From Spirochaetia bacterium (GTDB lineage: Bacteria; Spirochaetota; Spirochaetia; SZUA-6; Bin103), in the NCBI GenBank assembly GCA_965199955.1, contig CBDATQ010000002.1:288001-352000 (forward strand): a DNA stretch of 64,000 bases, read 5' to 3'. The translations under genes were made by a program, and so were the position numbers. The notes below the pieces were generated by a model, which ran no database searches, had not been told where the DNA came from, and saw only the letters and a list, made by a program, of their open reading frames with translations. This document shows, piece by piece, positions 58,679 to 64,000 of this stretch. Numbering within the stretch: position 1 is the first letter of the stretch; each line of letters starts with the position of its first letter.

Positions 58679-59119
58679 GTGATTTCAGGCGAGTACCGAT
58701 ATGCGATGGATGAGAAGGGCCGCTTGATGGTGCCGGCGCCGATTCGCCGGTCCATAGCCGGCAACCTGGTCGTCCTGACGCGCGCGATCGACCGATGCCT
58801 GTGGCTCTTTGCTCCCGAGGAATGGAAGGCGGTGTCCGGAAAGCTGACCGGATCCTCATCACTGTTCCTGGCCAGGGACCGAATGCTGGGGCGCCGGTTC
58901 CTCGCTCCCGCGCAGGAGATCGAGATCGATCGGAGTGGGCGGATCGCCATCCCGCCAACCTTGCGCGACTACGCAGGACTGCACAAGGACTGCATCGTGC
59001 TCGGCATCAACAGTTACGTGGAGGTATGGGACGAGGAAGTCTACCGGGCTTATGAGCTGGAGACCGATGACCAGTACAAGGAGGCCGCCGAGGAGATCGG
59101 TGGCAGCATCACGCTCTGA
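58679..59119 (+). CDS. mraZ: Transcriptional regulator MraZ
   Basis: GEY...DEKGRL, DRSGRI, VEVWD. Confidence 0.95.
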   Translation: MISGEYRYAMDEKGRLMVPAPIRRSIAGNLVVLTRAIDRCLWLFAPEEWKAVSGKLTGSSSLFLARDRMLGRRFLAPAQEIEIDRSGRIAIPPTLRDYAGLHKDCIVLGINSYVEVWDEEVYRAYELETDDQYKEAAEEIGGSITL

Positions 59120-60018
59120 ATGGAAATCATGGCACGGCCGATGATCCCGACGCACCGATTCACGTCCCGGTACTGCAACAGGCGGTGGTCGAGTACCTGC
59201 GGCCGCCCCGCCCGTGCAGCACGTTCGTGGACGTCACGCTCGGCGAAGCCGGTCACGCCATCGCGATGCTCGAGCGCTATCCGGATATCGCCCTGCTCGG
59301 GTCCGATGCCGACGAAGCGCTGCTGGCGCGAAGCCGAGGCCGGCTGGCCGGGTATGTCGGCCGCTTCGAGCTGCGGCAGGCGTGGTCCGACGAGGCGCTG
59401 GGGGATCTGGCCCCGGCCGCGGTGGATCTGATTCTCATGGACCTGGGAATGTGCCGGTTTCATATCGAGAGTGGCGCGCGTGGATTCTCGTTCCTGCGTG
59501 ACGAGCCGCTGGACATGCGTTTCGATCCGCGCCGGGGCGTCTCGGCCGCCGACATCGTGAATCGCGACTCGCCGGACCGTCTGTGCGATCTGCTCGTTCG
59601 CTATGGCGGTGACCGGAACGCGCGTGCGAACGCAGAGGCCATCGAGCACGCTCGTTCGCGGCACAGAATCGAAACCACCTATCAGCTCGTGCGCGCGATC
59701 CTGGCGCGCACCCCATGGCGTGGCGGCAGCCGTCATCCGGCCACACAGGTGTTCCAGGCACTGCGCGTGGCCGTCAACGACGAGGTCGGGAGGTTGCGGC
59801 GTTCGCTCGACGCCGCCGCTTCCGCTCTGCGACCGGGCGGTCGCCTTGCGGTGATCGCCTTTCACTCGATCGACGACGGCATCGTCAAGTGGTATCCGGC
59901 CGGCAATCCTCTCCTGGTCGCGCTGCACCGGCGGCCGGAGGCCCCGAGCGACGCCGAGGTGCGGGCCAATCCCGCGTCGCGCAGCGCCCGCCTGCGCGTG
60001 CTGGAGCGTGTGCGGTGA
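59116..60018 (+). CDS. rsmH: 16S rRNA m4C1402 methyltransferase
   Basis: HVPVL, DVTLGEAGH, DLG, RGFSF..DEPLDMR, HPATQVFQALR, FHSIDD, NPASRSARLR. Start uncertain (CTG 59116 proposed). Confidence 0.92.
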   Translation: MNGNHGTADDPDAPIHVPVLQQAVVEYLRPPRPCSTFVDVTLGEAGHAIAMLERYPDIALLGSDADEALLARSRGRLAGYVGRFELRQAWSDEALGDLAPAAVDLILMDLGMCRFHIESGARGFSFLRDEPLDMRFDPRRGVSAADIVNRDSPDRLCDLLVRYGGDRNARANAEAIEHARSRHRIETTYQLVRAILARTPWRGGSRHPATQVFQALRVAVNDEVGRLRRSLDAAASALRPGGRLAVIAFHSIDDGIVKWYPAGNPLLVALHRRPEAPSDAEVRANPASRSARLRVLERVR

Positions 60019-60338
60019 CCATCGCGTCCGGGCGCCAGCGGCTGCTCACGATCTTCGTGGCACTGATGATCCCGCTGGCGGTGCTGGTGACCACCTGGAG
60101 CGGGCTGCACCGGCATCTGCTGGCCGAGGAGTTGAAGCAGCTCCAGTACGAGCAGACCGCGTGGCTGGACCGAAACAAGCGGCTGCTGGCGTCGATCGCC
60201 ATCTACCGCTCGCCGCAGCGCATCGCAGAGCTCGCGGAGCAGGAGCTGGGGCTGGCTCCGATCAGCGCCGAGCACGTGACCGTCGTCGAACCGGCGCATC
60301 CGGCGGGCGGTCAGCCGTCCGGGACGGAGTCTTCATGA
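60015..60338 (+). CDS. ftsL: Cell division protein FtsL
   Basis: TM plus coiled coil plus SPQRIAELAEQELGL; position after rsmH with GTGA overlap. Confidence 0.8.
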   Translation: MTIASGRQRLLTIFVALMIPLAVLVTTWSGLHRHLLAEELKQLQYEQTAWLDRNKRLLASIAIYRSPQRIAELAEQELGLAPISAEHVTVVEPAHPAGGQPSGTESS

Positions 60339-61732
60339 ACTACACCGTGGACGAGATCGCCGGGATGCTGGGTGCCGGGGTCCGAGGCCGAGCCGAAGCC
60401 CGCGTGTCCCAGGTCATCGCGGACTCGCGGCTCGCTCGAGCGGGGTCCTTGTTCGTGGCTCTGCCGGGGCAGTATGCCGACGGTCACGAGTTCGTGCACG
60501 ACGCGTTCCGGCGTGGAGCCACGGCGGCGCTGGTCCGCCAGGACCGGCACATCGAGCCCGCAGAGCACGGCACGCTGATCGCGGTCGACGATCCGCTGAT
60601 CGCGCTGTATGACCTGGCGTGCGGCCACAGCGCGGTCCATCGCGCCGCGGTGCGCATTGCGGTCACGGGCAGCAGTGGCAAGACCACGACCAAGGAGATC
60701 CTGGGAGCGATACTGCACCGGGCCAGCTGCAGCCTGGTCTCGGAGGCGTCGTTCAACGCCGAGGTCGGCCTGCCGATGTCGGTGCTGCGAATGACCGGAC
60801 AGGAGCGGTTCGCCGTGTTCGAGGTCGGCATCAACTCCATCGGCGAGATGGAGCGCTACGCCGCGCTGGCACGGCCGGACCACGCGCTGATCACCAATAT
60901 CGGCAGCGCACACGTCGGACGGCTCGGCAGTCGCCGCGATATCGCGCGCGAGAAGGGTGCGTTGCTGCGATCGGTCCCGGCGACCGGTTGCGTGTACCTG
61001 CGCGAGCAGGAGCCGGCGGCCGACCTGCTGCTGGCCGGGGTCTGCGCGCGGGTCATCAGGTATGGGGCGAATTCGACGATCGGGTACGAGCGAAGCGAGA
61101 ATCTGGGGCTGGATGGCTGGTCCATCGATTGGGAGGGGCTCCAATTCCGCTTCTCTCTACCCGGTCGTCACAATCTCGACAACGCGCTGGCGGCGCTGAC
61201 GGTGGCCTCGGAGCTGGGATTCGATCCCCAAACCGTCGCCGCCGGGATTGAGGCGGTACGGCCGGCTCGCGGCCGCCTGACCGTGCACCGGGGCCGTTGC
61301 ACGATCATCGATGACGGCTACAACGCCAACCCGGAGTCGGTACGGGCGGCCCTGGTCATGCTGGGCGAGGAGCGATCGCCCGCTCGTCGGGTGGTGGTTC
61401 TGGGACCGATGCTGGAGCTTGGCCGCTACGGTGCCCGCGCGCACCTCGATCTGGCGCAGCCGTTGATCGACGCCGGGATCGACATCCTGTGCTGCTTCGG
61501 GGCGGCCACCCGACCGCTCCGCGACGCGTTCGCCGACCAGATCGGCAGAGCGGACGCGGCGGACCGCGCCATCTGGACGGAAACCATCGAAGGGATCGAC
61601 GGCCGGCTGCGTGCCATCGTGCGGGATGGTGATCTGGTGCTGTTGAAGGCATCTCGCGCCTTCCGCATCGAACGGCTGCTCCCGACGCTGGACGTCGACA
61701 CCTCAGACCCCACGGGCCGGTGCGATGGCTAA
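60335..61732 (+). CDS. murF: UDP-MurNAc-tripeptide:D-Ala-D-Ala ligase
   Basis: DSR, DGHEF, VTGSSGKTTTKE, TNIGSAH, IDDGYNANP, GPMLELG, LKASR. Confidence 0.95.
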   Translation: MNYTVDEIAGMLGAGVRGRAEARVSQVIADSRLARAGSLFVALPGQYADGHEFVHDAFRRGATAALVRQDRHIEPAEHGTLIAVDDPLIALYDLACGHSAVHRAAVRIAVTGSSGKTTTKEILGAILHRASCSLVSEASFNAEVGLPMSVLRMTGQERFAVFEVGINSIGEMERYAALARPDHALITNIGSAHVGRLGSRRDIAREKGALLRSVPATGCVYLREQEPAADLLLAGVCARVIRYGANSTIGYERSENLGLDGWSIDWEGLQFRFSLPGRHNLDNALAALTVASELGFDPQTVAAGIEAVRPARGRLTVHRGRCTIIDDGYNANPESVRAALVMLGEERSPARRVVVLGPMLELGRYGARAHLDLAQPLIDAGIDILCCFGAATRPLRDAFADQIGRADAADRAIWTETIEGIDGRLRAIVRDGDLVLLKASRAFRIERLLPTLDVDTSDPTGRCDG

Positions 61733-62903
61733 CGGCGATGCGCCGGCGGGCCACCGCCGCACCGATCTCACGCTGATCGTCATCCTGATCACCCTCACCG
61801 GAATCGGACTGGGGGTGCTGCTGTCGGCTTCGCACTACCGCGCGCAGCACGTGTTCGGCGACTCGCTGTACTTCGTCAGGCGCCAGGCGCTGTTCATCCT
61901 GATCGGGACGATCGCGGCGGTCGTGGTCTCCCGGGTGGACGCAAGGGTCCTGGGGCGCCTGTCGATCCCGCTGCTCGCGCTGTCGGGCGTACTGATGGCG
62001 CTGACGCTGATCCCCGGCATCAGCGAACCGATACAGGGGGCGCGGCGCTGGCTGGTGGTGGCCGGCATCTCCTGCGAACCGTCGGAGCTCGTCAAGTTCA
62101 CTCTGGTGCTGTACCTGGCATCGATGCTGTCACGCAAGTACGACGCCAGAACCGACGCCGTCAATACGCTGCTGCCGCCGGTCATCGTGGTGTGCGTCTT
62201 CGCGGCGCTGATCTACCTGCAGAACGACTTCTCCACCGCGGCGCTGCTGATACTGGTCACCGGCATCATCTTCTTTATCGGTCGGGTGCAGTTCCGGTAC
62301 TTCGTCGCCCTCGCGCTGGTGGGTGCTCCGCTCGCGGCGATGATGATCTTCACGCGCGTCCATCGCGTCGAGCGGGTCATCGCGTTCTTCAATCCGGAGG
62401 CGGATCCGACGGGATTCGGCTACCAGGTGCTGGCGGCACGCCAGGCGCTCACGTCCGGGGGGTTGACCGGGCTCGGGCTCGGCCAAGGCGTCCGCAAGCT
62501 CGGCGATGTTCCGGAGATTCACTCCGACTTCGTGTTTGCGGTCGTGGGCGAGGAGACCGGACTGATCGGCGTCGCGATCGTGCTGGCCCTGTTCGTGGCG
62601 TTCGCCTCCCGCGGCTATCAGATCGCCGGCATGGCTCAGGATCGCTTCGACGCCTACCTGGCGTGCGGGATCACCACGTCCGTGACCGTGCAGGCATTCG
62701 CCAACATCGCCGTGGTCGCCGGCCTGCTGCCGGCAACCGGGATCCCGCTGCCGCTGTTCTCTCACGGAGGATCCGCGATGGTGATGACCTTGGTGATGGC
62801 AGGCGTGCTCTGCGGCATCAGCCGGCGCGCGGCAGGCGCATCACTGGCGTCCGGCGCCGGACTGTCCGGCCGGGTGCGACCCGTGGGAGCGCGCGGTGCG
62901 TAG
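61725..62903 (+). CDS. ftsW: SEDS peptidoglycan glycosyltransferase FtsW
   Basis: GARRW, EPSELVK, QNDFST, GYQ, HSDFVFAVVGEE, TGIPLPLFSHGGS. Confidence 0.93.
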   Translation: MANGDAPAGHRRTDLTLIVILITLTGIGLGVLLSASHYRAQHVFGDSLYFVRRQALFILIGTIAAVVVSRVDARVLGRLSIPLLALSGVLMALTLIPGISEPIQGARRWLVVAGISCEPSELVKFTLVLYLASMLSRKYDARTDAVNTLLPPVIVVCVFAALIYLQNDFSTAALLILVTGIIFFIGRVQFRYFVALALVGAPLAAMMIFTRVHRVERVIAFFNPEADPTGFGYQVLAARQALTSGGLTGLGLGQGVRKLGDVPEIHSDFVFAVVGEETGLIGVAIVLALFVAFASRGYQIAGMAQDRFDAYLACGITTSVTVQAFANIAVVAGLLPATGIPLPLFSHGGSAMVMTLVMAGVLCGISRRAAGASLASGAGLSGRVRPVGARGA

Positions 62904-63702
62904 GGCCGCGCTGGCCGTGCTGCTGATCGGCGGCGTGGTGGTGGTGGGACTGCTGACCCAGTTCCTGTTCAGCAGCCTCATCGCCCCGCAGCTCCTGATC
63001 AGAAAGATCGTCGTCTACGGCGAGTTCCCGGTTTCGACCGTGGAATTGAAGCGCATCGCGGGGCTCGACGGTGACGATCACGTCTTCGATGTCGACACCC
63101 AGGCCATCGCCGAGCGGATCGCCGCCCACCCGATGGTCCGATCGGCATCGGTGCGAACCCGCATCCCGGGCACGCTGGAGATCACCGTGACCCGGCGCCA
63201 GCCGCTGGCGATGTCGCTGGCGACGATCGAGGGCCGCAGCGTGCCGGTGGTGTTCGACGCCAGCGGGGTCATCATGGAGGTCGATCCCGGCACGGCGCCG
63301 GAGTTGCCGATCGTGTCCGGGCTTCGCTTCGTCCAGCCGCCACGCCCGGGAGTCATGCTGCCGGAAGAGCTGCTGCCGGCCGTCTCCGCTTTGGCCGCCG
63401 TCAGGGATGGCGACTCACGGCTGTACGGCCTGATCTCGGAAGTGGTGGTAACCACCACCGACACGGGTGCGCTCGACCTGTCGTTCTATCCCAGCATCTA
63501 CCCGGTCTCGGTACGGCTGGGCCCGCGCCTGGACATCAAGGTGATCAGGCATGCGCTCGTGGCGCTCGACGTGCTGGACGCCGACGGCGCGTCGCCCCTT
63601 CCCCGGGAGATCGACTTTCGTGGCGGAGAGGCGGTCTACGTCGAGCCGCCCGCGTCACGGTCGCAGGTAGCTGCTCCGTACGCGCGGTCGACGGATGCGT
63701 GA
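62896..63702 (+). CDS. ftsQ: Cell division protein FtsQ/DivIB
   Basis: TM plus POTRA (HPMVRSASVRTRIPGTLEITVTRRQP), C-terminal IDFR; lies between ftsW and ftsA. Confidence 0.85.
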   Translation: MRRAALAVLLIGGVVVVGLLTQFLFSSLIAPQLLIRKIVVYGEFPVSTVELKRIAGLDGDDHVFDVDTQAIAERIAAHPMVRSASVRTRIPGTLEITVTRRQPLAMSLATIEGRSVPVVFDASGVIMEVDPGTAPELPIVSGLRFVQPPRPGVMLPEELLPAVSALAAVRDGDSRLYGLISEVVVTTTDTGALDLSFYPSIYPVSVRLGPRLDIKVIRHALVALDVLDADGASPLPREIDFRGGEAVYVEPPASRSQVAAPYARSTDA

Positions 63703-63716
63703 GGTGAGGGGGTAGC

Positions 63717-64000
63717 GTGGCACGGGAAGATTTGATCGTCGGGTTGGACATCGGCACCAGCAAGGTGTGCGCGATCATCGCGCAGATCGGGCACGAGGGC
63801 GGGCTCGAGATCATCGGCGTCGGCACCACCCCGTCGCGGGGACTGCGCCGCGGCGTGGTCATCAACATCGACGCCACCGTGCGCTCGCTCCTGAACGCCG
63901 TGGAGGCCGCCGAGATGAAGTCCGGCCGGGAAGTCACGGGGACCTTCGCAGGCATCGCCGGCGGCCATATCGAGGGGATCAACTCGCGAGGGGTCGTCGC
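63717..64000 (+). CDS. ftsA: Cell division protein FtsA (3' truncated by window edge)
   Basis: GTG start; LIVGLDIGTSKVCAII...SRGLRRGVVINID...AVEAAEMKSG. Confidence 0.95.
   Translation, partial: MAREDLIVGLDIGTSKVCAIIAQIGHEGGLEIIGVGTTPSRGLRRGVVINIDATVRSLLNAVEAAEMKSGREVTGTFAGIAGGHIEGINSRGVV

Overview
A high-GC bacterial chromosomal segment made almost entirely of housekeeping genes. Gene order points to Spirochaetota (inference): mraZ-rsmH-ftsL-murF-ftsW-ftsQ-ftsA without ftsI/murE/mraY/murD, rplM-rpsI-recX, cysS followed by an ECF sigma, groEL without groES, and an archaeal-type UMP kinase. It contains katG, a fabH/fabD-fabG-fabF cluster, three CCA-less tRNAs (Leu-CAA, Cys-GCA, Ile-GAT), lolA, uvrD/pcrA, eno, murE, hflKC, a FemABX gene, murD, an NFACT/RqcH gene, cysS, an ECF sigma/zinc anti-sigma operon, a 2-oxoacid dehydrogenase E1a/E1b/E2 set, birA, groEL, yajC-secD-secF, pcm, nadK, recN and the start of the dcw cluster. 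I see no CRISPR array, integrase, transposase, prophage or recognisable defence system. The best candidates for something undescribed are: (i) one polypeptide with two complete CDP-alcohol phosphotransferase domains; (ii) an ECF sigma/anti-sigma/secreted protein/IPT-transglutaminase operon whose transglutaminase lacks its catalytic Cys and whose sigma/anti-sigma junction has a 16-bp duplication creating an 8-codon relay ORF; (iii) recurrent leaderless promoters and apparent non-canonical starts (ATC for cysS; CTG for murD, rsmH, perhaps uvrD); (iv) several probable pseudoenzymes, some coupled to peptidoglycan genes. All family assignments come from reading motifs by eye; no searches were run.
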